A stretch of 64,000 nucleotides of DNA from Eledone cirrhosa (taxonomy: Eukaryota): the NCBI GenBank assembly GCA_964016885.1, contig OZ024743.1, forward strand, positions 187,798,001-187,862,000, given 5' to 3'. Positions within the stretch are counted from its first letter, which is position 1; each line of letters starts with the position of its first letter. The notes beneath the pieces were generated by a model that made no database searches, was not told the origin of the DNA, and saw nothing but the letters and a program-made list of their open reading frames with translations. Made by a program: the position numbers and the translations under genes. Positions 12,244 to 23,899 of the stretch are shown here, piece after piece.

Positions 12244-14262
12244 AAGCAGGCTTGGAAAGTATGGCGGGATGGGGGAAGTAGAGAGGACTATCAAGTGGCC
12301 AGGAGGGAAGCTAGGAGACAAGTGTACTTAGCAAGAAGGGAAGCTGAGGAAAGAAAGTTCAAGCATGTTCTACAACGCGATGACCAAAAACGTGAGGTGT
12401 TCAGGATTGCTAGGCAATGCGTCAAGGAAAACCGTGATATTGTCGGGGAGAAGTGTGTACTAAACGACGATGGCACACTTGCCATCACCGACGCTGATAA
12501 GAAGGTAGCTTGGAAGTGTCACTATGAAAGGCTTCTAAATGAGGAGAATAATTGGGAGAAAGGCAGTCTCCCCCATATCGACCCAATAGAGGGACCAGCA
12601 GTGTTAGTCGAGGGGAGTATAATAAGTAAGGCAATCAAGGATATGAAGACTGGTAAGGCGGCTGGGCCTTCGGAAATAGTTGCTGAGATGCTGAAGGCAT
12701 CTGGCACGGTGGGACACACCATGGTCACCCGCATAGTTAACCAAGTCGTACAAAACGGGGTTGTTCCGAAGGACTGGCATAGCAGCATCATCGTTAACTG
12801 TTATAAGGGTAAAGGAGACGCCCTAGATAGGAGTAACTATAGAGGCATTAAATTAATCGACCAGGTCATGAAGGTCACGGAAAGAGTAATAGCGCAGCTA
12901 ATCAGAGAGAGAATTGACCTAGATGAAATGCAGTTCGGGTTTGTGTCAGGCAAAAGTACCACAGACGCTCTTTTCATAGTACGACAACTACAAGAGAAGT
13001 ACCTAGCTAAAGGTAAACCCCTCTACTTAGCTTTTGTCGACTTGGAGAAAGCCTTCGACAGAGTCCCCCGCTCCATTATCTGGTGGGCTCTTAGAAAACT
13101 AGGCGTTGACGAATGGCTTGTGAGGGCTATACAAGCCATGTATAAAGAAACAGTCAGCAAGGTTAGAATTAACAACGAATATAGTGAAGAGTTTAGCGTA
13201 AAAGTCGGCGTCCATCAGGGCTCTGTTCTCAGTCCACTACTATTTATTATTGCCCTTCAGGCCATAACAGAGGAGTTCAAGACAGGCTGCCCATGGGAAC
13301 TCCTATACGCAGACGACCTGACACTCATAGCGGAATCAATGGCCGAGCTAGAGAAGAAATTCCAAACATGGAAGCACGGCCTAGAGTCAAAAGGACTTAA
13401 AATTAACCTGGCTAAGACCAAAGTACTAGTTTGTAGGAAAGAAAACAAGGCGGCGGTCCCTTCTGGGAAATGGTCGTGCTCGGTGTGTAGGAAAGGCGTA
13501 GGTAGAAACTCCATTTTATGTCCTAAATGCAAAGTATGGGTGCATAAAAGATGTAGTGGGATCACAGGTAGGCTAACTAAGAACATAGATTTTACATGTG
13601 GCCGGTGCTCTGGTGCAATAAGTAGCAGCAAGTGCCCACAAACTACTAGCTCTTTCAATTGCGCAGAGGGTTCTATAGAAATAGTGGACAGCTTCCGTTA
13701 CCTGGGCGATAAAATCAGCAGTGGGGGAGGGTGCTCTGAAAGTACTGTAGCTAGAGTCAGAACTGGTTGGAAAAAGTTCAGAGAGCTTATACCACTATTA
13801 GCTGCTAAAGGGTTCTCACTAAAAATGAAAGGCAGGTTGTACGATGCCTGCATACGAACAGCAATGCTGCATGGCAGTGAGACCTGGGCATTGTGTGCAG
13901 AGGATATACGCAGACTAGAGAGGAACGAAGCTTGCATGCTCCGCTGGATGTGTAACAGTAATATACGTGAACGGCAAAGCATAAACGAACTAAGGAATAA
14001 ATTAGAGATAAGAGGGATCAGATGTTGTTTACTCGAGAGAAGGCTACGTTGGTATGGACACGTGATGCGCATGAAAGTCGATAGCTGTATAACAAAGTGC
14101 AGGGCAATAAAGATAGACGGTAGTCACGGAATAGGCAGACCTAGAAAAACCTGGGACGAGCTGATAAACTCCGACATCACACACTTACACCTCTCCAAGA
14201 CAATGTCACTGGACCGAGACCTTTGGCGGTACTCAGTAACAGAGAAGACCCGCCTTACCTAA
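12244..14262 (+). CDS. RTE reverse transcriptase with PHD finger (lacks APE; N-terminus truncated)
   Basis: KAAGPSEI, YRGIKL, QFGF, FVDLEKAFDRV, GVHQGSVLSP, LLYADD, C4HC3 finger, FRYLG. No stops. Confidence 0.85.
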   Translation, partial: KQAWKVWRDGGSREDYQVARREARRQVYLARREAEERKFKHVLQRDDQKREVFRIARQCVKENRDIVGEKCVLNDDGTLAITDADKKVAWKCHYERLLNEENNWEKGSLPHIDPIEGPAVLVEGSIISKAIKDMKTGKAAGPSEIVAEMLKASGTVGHTMVTRIVNQVVQNGVVPKDWHSSIIVNCYKGKGDALDRSNYRGIKLIDQVMKVTERVIAQLIRERIDLDEMQFGFVSGKSTTDALFIVRQLQEKYLAKGKPLYLAFVDLEKAFDRVPRSIIWWALRKLGVDEWLVRAIQAMYKETVSKVRINNEYSEEFSVKVGVHQGSVLSPLLFIIALQAITEEFKTGCPWELLYADDLTLIAESMAELEKKFQTWKHGLESKGLKINLAKTKVLVCRKENKAAVPSGKWSCSVCRKGVGRNSILCPKCKVWVHKRCSGITGRLTKNIDFTCGRCSGAISSSKCPQTTSSFNCAEGSIEIVDSFRYLGDKISSGGGCSESTVARVRTGWKKFRELIPLLAAKGFSLKMKGRLYDACIRTAMLHGSETWALCAEDIRRLERNEACMLRWMCNSNIRERQSINELRNKLEIRGIRCCLLERRLRWYGHVMRMKVDSCITKCRAIKIDGSHGIGRPRKTWDELINSDITHLHLSKTMSLDRDLWRYSVTEKTRLT

Positions 14263-14650
14263 ATATATAGTAAAACCTACTCCAGCCAGTAGGCATCTCT
14301 AACAAATACACCCCGTCCCACCACCCCCACCCGATCCACACCACCCCGTTCTATGTAAAGTTATGTTGGTGCCGCGCCATCGAGGCCGAAACAAATGAGA
14401 TCGTGTAGGTGTCACGACAAAAAAACACACAGTCCACGCTGTAATGTGGCCGTGTAGGCAACACGGTAAAAACCTCCCAGACCCACACTGTAAATGTGGT
14501 TGGTGTTAGGAAGGGCATCCAACTGTAGAAAACCTGCCAGACAGTCCTATGCGAGCAAGACAATCACTCTTGCCTCAAGTGGGACTACCCCCGTCCAAAC
14601 CCATGCAAGCGTGGAACACGGACGTTAAACGCTGATGATGATGATGATGA
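12244..14650 (+). mobile_element. RTE family A, 5'-truncated, uninterrupted reading frame
   Basis: ORF to 14262 carries complete RT motifs and the PHD insert. About 370-bp 3' UTR and (GAT)n tail. Confidence 0.96.
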
Positions 14651-14994
14651 TTCACCAGCATTAAAGAAATTGTTGTGCCTCTGACACAGCTAAAGAATCC
14701 AGTAAATCCTTTATATATAACATATATATATTCCTACATGTACATATATTCTCTAGAATTATATAATACAATGACATGCATTGGATGGATGGGTATTGCC
14801 CAGCACAGCCTCCCATCCTTGCTATGAAGTTCTGCATTTTGAGATCCTCTCTCATTATTTCTGCCCAAATCTTGATTGATACTCTTTTACTGCAGCTTCT
14901 TTCTACTGGAAAATCCTGATACTTATCAAGCCATTCCTCATGCCCAACTTTTAAGCCTCTTCTAATCTATAGAACATAGGATATTGTCAACAAA

Positions 14995-15150
14995 TTCTAG
15001 GTATGGAGGTTTATTCTTAGGCAAGTATTCTTCCTGTAGCTATCTAATAAGGATGGTGACATCAGTAGGGCATCTAGGAACAAAGACAAACTTGATTGTG
15101 TAAAAATAATTCTGTCCCTAATTAATTGTGCAATAACTCTTTTTGTGACA
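14995..15150 (-). mobile_element. Degenerate RTE RT fragment
   Basis: VTKRVIAQLIRDRI...TDALLM homologous to family A RT. Confidence 0.6.
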
Positions 15151-15904
15151 TTTGTATAAAAGAGAGAAAAGAAGTTCAATTTATCGGACATTGGTCCTGC
15201 GTTAAGAGAGCATAATAACAGATGCATTAGAAAACAAAATATAGAAAAAAGACATGTGTGTGTGTGTGTGTTGTTTTTTTAATTTCTTGTGTGTATCAGC
15301 ATATGTATTGGTGGAATAGTCTACATATTGGTTGTGGTGGTGTTCTAGTATGCCTGGCTGTATTAGCATTGTATATGTGTGTGGTTTGTATGTGTATGTA
15401 TCAGATCATCATCATTATCGTTTAACGTCTATCTTCCATGCTAGCATGGATTTAGATATATAAAAGAAATTATTAGTGACAAATATATATCTGTTCATTA
15501 CGTATCCATTCATTAAAAAATAAAAACTCATATTCAAGGAGGTCCAGCTGAAATTGAAATAAATAAAAAATCAGTAGTTAATGCTTCATATTGCTTATAG
15601 GACCCTGTAGTGATTTCAAAGTTTATGTTTAGTCAGCTAGAGTTTTTTTTGTAGACATATAAAATACAATCTATATATTTTCCATTTAACATTCATTAAA
15701 GCGTTCAGTAAGCACATATGATTTGTTACTGGTGTAATATTATATTAATATGAAAAAAAAAATGCAGGCACAATTGAAAATTACAGCAAAATTTACTTCA
15801 GGGTATGAAATTAGTAACTAACATATATTGGAGCAATAACCAATATCTGCAAAAGTAGGTCTAATGCCTAGTAAAATAAACCATTATTTTGTTTCATATA
15901 TAAA

Positions 15905-16092
15905 GGGCAGTGGATTGGCAGTATCAGTAGAAGGTCGGACGCCATGCTTTCCAGCATAGTTACGTCCCTTTACCATCTGAGTTCAAATCCCGCCGAGATT
16001 GACTTTGCCTTTCATCCTTATGGGGTTGATAAAATAAAGTACCAGTAATGCACTGGGTATTTGCTGGCCTTGTGCCTAAAGTAGAGACAATT
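15905..16092 (+). mobile_element. tRNA-derived SINE (Nin/Deu-like), full length
   Basis: Same body as 10741. About 20-bp TSD ATTATTTTGTTTCATATATA on both sides. Confidence 0.9.
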
Positions 16093-16135
16093 ATTTTGTT
16101 TCATATATACATGTATATGCATATATATATATATA

Positions 16136-16439
16136 TTGGCCTTGCAATCGAAAGGTTGTGAGTTAAATTCTCAGTGATGTGTTGTTTCCTTGAGCAAGAC
16201 ACTTTATTTCACATTGCTCCAGTTTACTCAGCTGTAGAAATGAGATGATAGGGACTGGGGTCCCTATCATTCCACTGCAAAGTTGTTGTGGAGGTGCCAT
16301 GACCAAAAAAGCACCCAGCACTCTGTAAATGAGGTTGGTGTTAGGAAGGGCATCCAGCTGTAGAAATCAAGCCAGAATCAGTTCCCGTCCCACCCTTGCA
16401 AGCAGGGAAAAGCGGACGTAAAATGAAATGATGACGATG

Positions 16440-16441
<2 letters not shown>
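16136..16441 (+). mobile_element. CORE-like SINE with RTE family B tail
   Basis: Partial tRNA head, MIR/CORE-like TCCTTGAGCAAGACACTTTATTTCACATTGCTCCAGTTTACTCAGCTGTAGAAATGAG, and tail CCCACCCTTGCAAGCAGGGAAAAGCGGACGTAAAATGA. Confidence 0.85.
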
Positions 16442-16477
<36 letters not shown>

Positions 16478-16787
16478 ATATATATATATAATAAATGAAA
16501 TCTGTGTTTTTCGATTATTAATAATAATATTCGATTCATTTGCAATTATGCAAACAGCCTCTATTTTCAGCCATGTCAGTAGAATGAGCCCCTCATTCTT
16601 GCTCTTGTGTTGGCATGTAAACAGAACTGCAGACACTAATGTTTCTTGGTGATTAGCCTTCATTAGTGCAGTTTACTGCTCACCTACCAACTGTCATAGC
16701 TAGTGAAAATATATAATTTCTGAAATATACAGTGACTGATCAGCATGATTTGCATATTAGCAGACTGGCTGATCATATATATATATA

Positions 16788-17690
16788 TATAAACGTTTGT
16801 ATATGTATAATAAAGCCAAAACAATGCAGGTATGGACATAGAATAAAGAATGCAAATGCAAAAGATATTGTTGACAATTAGTCTTTTACCTTAGATTTAT
16901 TTAAATGTCCTTAATTTTCGAGATAATACTCTTCTTCGGAGGGAAGTAAAATGGTTAAACCAGTGTTCTAAATAGCTTGCCAAGTCATTCTGACAGGAAA
17001 TGGTATAGAGTATCTGTTCTATCTCTAATGTCAAAGAGTTAAGGTTAGGTGGATAAAGAGTAGTCTCCCTTTAAAAGGTTTTTTTTTGTACATGCCTGTT
17101 TAAGTGTGTAGGAGAATGCATGAAGGTGTAAGTATGTGAGTGTGTGTGTGTGTGAGTGTGAGAAGATATGTCTATACGTAAATGTAGGGGATAGATGTTA
17201 TCTAATATTTACACCCCCCCCTCTCACACACACACTCATACCCACGCTTACACCACCACTTATTCTCTCTCACACACATACATACACACACAAAGACCAG
17301 TTCTAACAGAAGATAACATCTATCCCCCACATTTACGTATAGACATATCTTCTCACACTCACACACACACACTCACATACTTACACCTTCATGCATTCTC
17401 CCACACAGGGAGACTACTCTTTATCCACCTAACCTTAACTCTTTGACATTAGAGGTAGAACAGATACTCTATACCATTTCCTGTCAGCATGACTTGGCAA
17501 GCTATTTAGAACACTGGTTTAACCGCTTTACTTCCCTCCGAAGAAGAGATATTATCTCGAAAATTAAGGACATTTAAATAAATCTAAGGTAAAAGACTAA
17601 TTGTCAACAATATCTTTTGCATTTGCATTCTTCATTCTATGTCCATACCTGCATTGTTTTGGCTTTATTATACATATACAAACGTTTATA
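16788..17690. repeat. About 400-bp inverted repeat (foldback), probably Penelope-like inverted pLTRs
   Basis: 16788-17203 is the reverse complement of 17311-17690 apart from a roughly 40-bp indel. Hammerhead-like CCGAAGA-stem-GAAA followed by AATAAA in each arm. Confidence 0.85.
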
Positions 17691-17754
17691 CCTCATTACA
17701 CAATGCTTCAAGTGAACTATAACCTCCTCCTATATATATATATGTATGTATGTG

Positions 17755-17787
<33 letters not shown>

Positions 17788-17944
17788 GTATATATATATA
17801 TATATGTATGTATGTGTATATATATATACATCTATATCTGGTGTGGGATGCTTAAAGTGTCCATATGTAGTAGGCCATTTGAGCACTCGTCGCACCTCCT
17901 TTTCTTATGTGATATATATATATATTTATATATTTATATACGTT

Positions 17945-18133
17945 GGTACCATAAAGCATCCAGTCCACACTGTAAATGTGGTTGGCATTAGGAAGGGTAT
18001 CCAGCCATAGAAAACCAGCCAGAAACAGTCCTATATGAGTGAGACACATTCACCCAACCAAACTTGCCTCAAATGGGACAAACGCCTCTAACCCATGCAA
18101 GCATGAAAGATGGACGTTAAATGATAATAATGA
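17945..18133 (+). mobile_element. RTE-tailed SINE/LINE 3' fragment
   Basis: CACACTGTAAATGTGGTTGGCATTAGGAAGGGTATCC module and CCCATGCAAGCATGAAAGATGGACGTTAAATGAT tail. Confidence 0.75.
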
Positions 18134-18199
18134 TATGTGTTATTTCCATAGAAAAATTAAAAGAAAAAAAAGTGCTCTATGTATTGTACAGAGCTAGCT

Positions 18200-18408
18200 A
18201 ATTACATAATAAACAACACACTATAATTATTTCATTACCAAAGGTTTCAAGAAACTAGGTGATTATTGTAAGGAACATCCAGTTCATTTGTCATACAAGA
18301 CAATTATTTTGTCTAACGAATGAATGAACAGAATGTTCCTTGCAAGATATATCTAGTTTCTTGAAACCTTTGGTAATGGAATAATTATATTGTGTTGCTT
18401 ATGTAATT
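18200..18408. repeat. About 200-bp imperfect palindrome (MITE or foldback)
   Basis: ATAATTATTTCATTACCAAAGGTTTCAAGAAACTAG at about 18223 pairs with CTAGTTTCTTGAAACCTTTGGTAATGGAATAATTAT at about 18353. Confidence 0.75.
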
Positions 18409-18434
18409 AATATATATATATATATATGTATATA

Positions 18435-20618
18435 TGGGGTTTGACTGAAAAGAACAGGACTTAGTGTGCTGTGTGAGCTATAAGTGGGGTAGGGATTAAT
18501 TAGTGGGCAGTGTGGCCGTGTAGGAGATGTCCTCACCAGGAACTTTCATCAGAAGATGACCAACATCAAGAAGTCGAACTTCTGAAAGGCAAGCGACACT
18601 AACGCAGTACGTGTGGAGAGCCATCATTGAAGTGTTCGGACATTCCAGCATGCCACCCTCAATTCCTTCCTTTGTCTGAAGAGTGGGATTACTGCGGGAG
18701 TAGTCTGTAGAGCCATAGCGGTAGGAGCGCTGTTGCTTTGCATTGCGTTCGTAGCGGGAATACAATTCGTATTTGTAGGATTCATGGAAGAAGTGTCATG
18801 GGAGTAGTGAATTCACAAGCGGTCCCTAAAAAACCCGCATGTATATCCGAGGGGAAAAAACGTCCTGTTTGCTGCAGATTCTCCATGGATGCAGAGACAG
18901 AATACGACCCGAAGCCACCCATTGCCGGAACAGACACCTCTTGGATTTTCACCAGAGCCCCTTTTGCCGGGTTACGGCCCTAATACCGCCGGGTGCCAGA
19001 CCAATCCGCATTGGGTGGCCCTACCAGGAACTGAAGTTGCCGACAGCATAGCTCTGACACTACCCGTTGCCACCGCCCTGCCACGTTGAGGGCGTGGACC
19101 TGGAGGATGTGGAGTCCTTCGTTTACCTGGGCTCAACAGTGGTTCCAATGGGACAGGGCGCAGCTGAGGTCAAACCTTGCATAGGTGCTGCCAGATCCGC
19201 TTTTGGGTGCCTGCAGCGGTGGCTGTGGGACAGAAGAGAGATCACCTCGGCAACCAAAGGGCGAATCTACCAGGCCGTCGTTTGAATTATCCTCCTCTAT
19301 GGCTATGAAACATGGCCTATGAGAGTAGTCGATCAACGAGGGCTGGAGGTCTTCGACAATGACTGTCTCCGCCGCATTCTTCGCTGCCGATGCGTTGATC
19401 GGGTACCTACCACCAGTCTTCTTCTTCACCTGAATCTTCGACCCCTTCCTTCAGTGCTTCTGCAACGGCGCTTGAGATGGCTTGGTCATGCAGCCCGACG
19501 CCCTGAGGGTGAGCTGATCCGCGATGTTGTCCTCCCACCTCCACTCCTTAACTGGCGCAAGCGCGTTGGTGGGCAGCTGAAGATCTGGGCAACAACGATC
19601 AAGGAGGACCTCTCCAAACTCTCAGGTCAGCAGGTGGTCGGCCTGTGCCGATGGAACCGTGACTGGCTCGCTATCTCCAGTGACCTAGCCTGGGACCGTC
19701 GTGCGTGGCCTGCCATGGTTCAGGCTGCCACCAGGACAAGGGAAGAAGCCGGCTCAACCCGTCCAGGGTGAATCTCGCACAAGTACAAGTAAGTAAGTAA
19801 GTGTGGCCGTGTGTAATAACATCTAGGAAATATATCACTGACATCTCAGCTCTCTTTAGCCATTCTATGGTTTTTGGTGTGCTTTTGTTAGCTATTCAAT
19901 TTCAGGCCATCGAGCTATGGGCACAGATCAGCAAACCAGCCTGAAGTTTCTGGTCTGACTGAGAAAAACTCCATCAGGAGAATTATGTATACTGCAGCAA
20001 GTGTACGGAGATAAGAGGATGTCCTGATTACAGATTTTTGAGTGGCACAAAAGTTTCCAAGGAACGGGAGTACATGGAAGATGACCCATGAACAGGAGGC
20101 CTTCAATGAGTAGGACTGAGGCCAATGTTGAGCACATGAGGCAGGTGATCTATGGCAATCATCGGCTATCTGTTTCACTGATCGCAAGTGTGCTGGGCAT
20201 GCACCATGACAATGTTTGGAAGATTTTCACTAAAGATTTGGACATGCAAAAGATCGCCAGCTCACATTGCCCTGAGCATCCAGCAGTGTCTGGTCGAGAA
20301 GAACATCGCCATACTGGAACAACCTCCTTATTCACCTGATCTTGCTCTGTGTGACATTTTACTTTTCCCCCAAGCTCAACTGGGTCATAAAGAGGACTCG
20401 TTTTAAGGCATGGAGGCCATCGTGAGGTCCATAATGAAGGAGCTCAGGGGCATCCTAGAAGAATCCTTCCAGAAGTGCATAGAAGCATAGCAGAGAAGGA
20501 TGGAAAATTGCATAAGATTTGAAGGGGTTACTTTGAAAGGGAAACCATGTAGTTTATTGTTTGGAATTGTAATAAATTGTTTGTGAGACCAGTCACGTTA
20601 TTTTTCAGATAGACATTG
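18435..20618 (+). mobile_element. Degenerate Tc1/mariner DNA transposon (carries an RTE insertion)
   Basis: Imperfect TIRs TGGGGTTTGACTGAAAAGAACAGGACT and CAGTCACGTTATTTTTCAGATAGACATTG, flanked by TA. Transposase relics include RRPSMSRTEANVEHM and LEQPPYSPDLALCDILLFP. Confidence 0.8.
18522..19799 (+). mobile_element. GC-rich RTE (BovB-like, family C) with 5' inversion and (AAGT)n tail
   Basis: 13-bp TSD AGTGTGGCCGTGT at 18509-18521 and 19800-19812. About 19086-19771 (+) is the RTE C-terminus (FVYLGS, RRLRWLGHAARR). About 18522-19085 (-) is the 5' UTR plus APE start (VACWNVRTL, VACLSEVR). Confidence 0.9.
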
Positions 20619-20621
20619 TAT

Positions 20622-21082
20622 ATCATCATCATCATCATCATCGATTAACATCCATCACCCCCGCTAGCATGGGCTAAACGGGTCCCATTTAGAGGCAAGT
20701 TGTGTAGGGTGACCATGTCTCGCTCATATAGGGGTATTTCTGGCTGGTTTTCTACCGCTGGCTGCCCTTCCTAATGTAAACCACATTGACAGTGTGGGCC
20801 GGGTGCTTTTTACTGTGTCTTGTACACGTCCACTTTACAGTGTGGGCTGGGTGCTTTTTTGCCATGTCTTTTACACATCCACTTTACAGTGTAGGCAGGG
20901 GGGGGGGGGCTCTACATATGCTTCAGCTTGTGCTCTGAGAGGTGCAATTGGGCAAGGTCAGCCTTCATCACCTCATCCCAGGTCTTCCTGGGTCTCCCCA
21001 CTCCAAAGCTTCCAACGACTTTCAGCACTCTGTACTTTTTTATGCAGCTATCATCCTTCCTATACAGCACATGTCCATACCA
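20622..21082 (-). mobile_element. RTE 3' fragment with repetitive 3' UTR
   Basis: Minus strand shows WYGHV...GRPRKTWDE, ACTGTAAAGTGG modules and a (GAT)n tail. Confidence 0.78.
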
Positions 21083-21084
21083 TA

Positions 21085-21086
21085 TT

Positions 21087-21166
<80 letters not shown>

Positions 21167-21177
21167 TATATATATAC
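21085..21177. repeat. (TA)n microsatellite
   Basis: Direct reading. Confidence 0.95.
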
Positions 21178-21299
21178 CAACCAAACAGTGAGTGTGTTCC
21201 GTTATTAATCCTGGCAATATTATTACACAAATATGACCCTCCCCAAGTATAACAATATATATATATGTGTGTGTGTGAGTCCCAGTTAGTAAGTTACTC

Positions 21300-21484
21300 A
21301 ATACATTAGTAGAATGTAAACATCAAGTTTAATATAGAATAGGGTTCTACAGGACTAGAACTGTTTCATTCAAAAGAAATCACCAGGAAAGCTTTCCAGA
21401 TTATTTTTTTTTGTATGAATTGTTTCTAGTCCTGTAGAATCGTTTTCTATATTAAATTTGATGTTTACATTCTACTAATGTATT
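21300..21484. repeat. About 185-bp palindrome with a degenerate hammerhead-like motif
   Basis: AATACATTAGTAGAATGTAAACATCAAGTTTAATATAGAA pairs with TTCTATATTAAATTTGATGTTTACATTCTACTAATGTATT. Minus strand reads CTGGTGA-TTTCTTTTGAAT-GAAAC. Confidence 0.78.
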
Positions 21485-22027
21485 AAACTTGATATATATA
21501 TAGGTTCCTTTAATTTGGTTGAAAATGTTTGATGGCTAAATTTGTGAAGAAAGCTTTTGAAAAATTGAAATTAGATAACCAGAGTCTTTATGTAAATGAA
21601 TCCATTTTATTAGCAGTAAATAGGAAGGAAAATTTCTAATGATAAATAAATCACATCAGTTTTCTGACCATTTATTTGCATTGAAGGTTTGAGGAAACAG
21701 CTATTAGTTAATAATTCAAATTTTATAGTTACATAGATTTTTTACTTTCATCTGTTGACTATGGCATTAAATAAGCTTTCAGTCTCTTAGACTGGTGCTT
21801 CAATTAATCAACATGTTCTGATGGACTTTGATTTGGGAGTAAACTGTTGGTGTTTGAGGGGTGTGTGTGTGCACGTGGGTGTGTGTATCATTTAACGTCT
21901 ATCTTCCACACTAGCGTGGGTTTAGAAGTATCTATATAGAAATGTGTCTTTCCGAGTCAATGAATTTGTTTTGATTTGCTTATGTGTATGTGATTGAGTA
22001 TAGCCATATTGTATGTGTAGATGCATG

Positions 22028-22320
<293 letters not shown>

Positions 22321-23812
22321 GTTTAGATTCTTGAGCCTGGTTGTTTCTGAAGGTATGTGTGTATACAGTGATATTGTGTATTATATGTTTTCTGTATAAA
22401 TTTACCTTCCTTTTAAAAATATGAGTCCATATGTCTGTCTCTATGTGTGATGATGAAGTCATTTGAATAATTGGAATCATCATCATCATTATAATTCCTG
22501 TTTTCCTTGCTAGCAAGGGTTGGACAGGTCTACATAGACTAAGCCAGTACTGAACTGGGACTACTGATCCGCCAGACAGGCCAGGGATTAGCATCTTGCT
22601 TATGTATCATCTCATTGTCTTTGACATGACTGATGTGTCCTCCCAACCCTTGTTTGACAATCTTTCTGTGACTGGATGCCCTTCATATCACCGACCACTT
22701 TAGTGCATGTACTGGGTGCGTTTATCATGTAGGTCACCGTCACAAGGGACGTTGAAGCGTCCTCCTAACCCAGGAATGTCCAATTATGTATATATATTTC
22801 TGCATTGCTTGTAGAAAAGAATATGAAGATTATGTGTTCATGTTTTGTTTAGGTTTTGTTTGCATAATTAATAGAATGGTGTTTTGTATATATTTTATGT
22901 TACCATATGTAGAGCCAGTTAAAGTGGGATACCAAGGAAGATATGGCATAAATTTGTGAAGAATGATCTCAAGAAGTTGAGCCTCATGAAGGAGCTGATG
23001 TAAGATAATGATGATGGGTGACTCACTGTACTAAAAACACTAACCCAACAGTTAAAGTAAAGTAAGTACTGTGACACATGTAGTGAAGGATCAGAGGTTG
23101 CATGGAGTGGAGAGCCTCTTTTTGTTTGCAGTGTAAGGGGCTGGCTAACAAAGAGAGTCAACATAGGGTTAAGAGGACCCCTCTGGTCTTGTCAAGGATC
23201 TAACAATCTTTCTAATGTTGATGCCATGATAAAATACATCCAGTACCCACTATAAATTGGTAGTGTTGAAGCTATAATAAAATGTGCCATGTACACTCTG
23301 GCACTCTGTAATGTGGTATTGCTGGTGCCCTGATAAAATGCACCCAGTGTAATGTGTGGAATGGTTGGCATTATGAAATGCATCTACATGTAGAAACGAT
23401 GCCAAAATATGGCAGATCAAGATGATTACTCTGATATACACCTTCTCTTTTCCAGCCTTTATTGCTCCTTATTTTGCATAGGTCTGAGCATATTTGCTTT
23501 ACTTTCTGACATTTACTTGTACAAACAATGTTCCTCCATTGTAACACAAGTATTCTACTTGTTCAGACCTCTTCTTCTGTCACATCATTTTATGTACAGT
23601 CGACTATCAACATCATATTTTTCGCAAAACATTTTATACATATTAAACACTTTTCTAGTTTTCCTATCAATCAATATCCTGTGGTTCTTGAATGTTCCAG
23701 TTATTGATATCTACACAGTATTGAACGTTGAAAACAGCACATAAGTTGATAGATGTGATGACATTTCTACTGGTTGAAGTGGATTTTAATATTTTCTTAT
23801 ATATTCATTTTC

Positions 23813-23815
<3 letters not shown>

Positions 23816-23895
<80 letters not shown>
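23816..23895. repeat. (CT)n microsatellite
   Basis: Direct reading. Confidence 0.95.

Positions 23896-23899
<4 letters not shown>

Noticed and set aside
13257-14072. Recurrent antisense ORFs over RTE-A copies (e.g. MKELV..., MLCRSRILL..., MLILTLLTV...)
   Set aside because: Shadows of the RT frame that recur only because the copies are near-identical; no recognisable domains.
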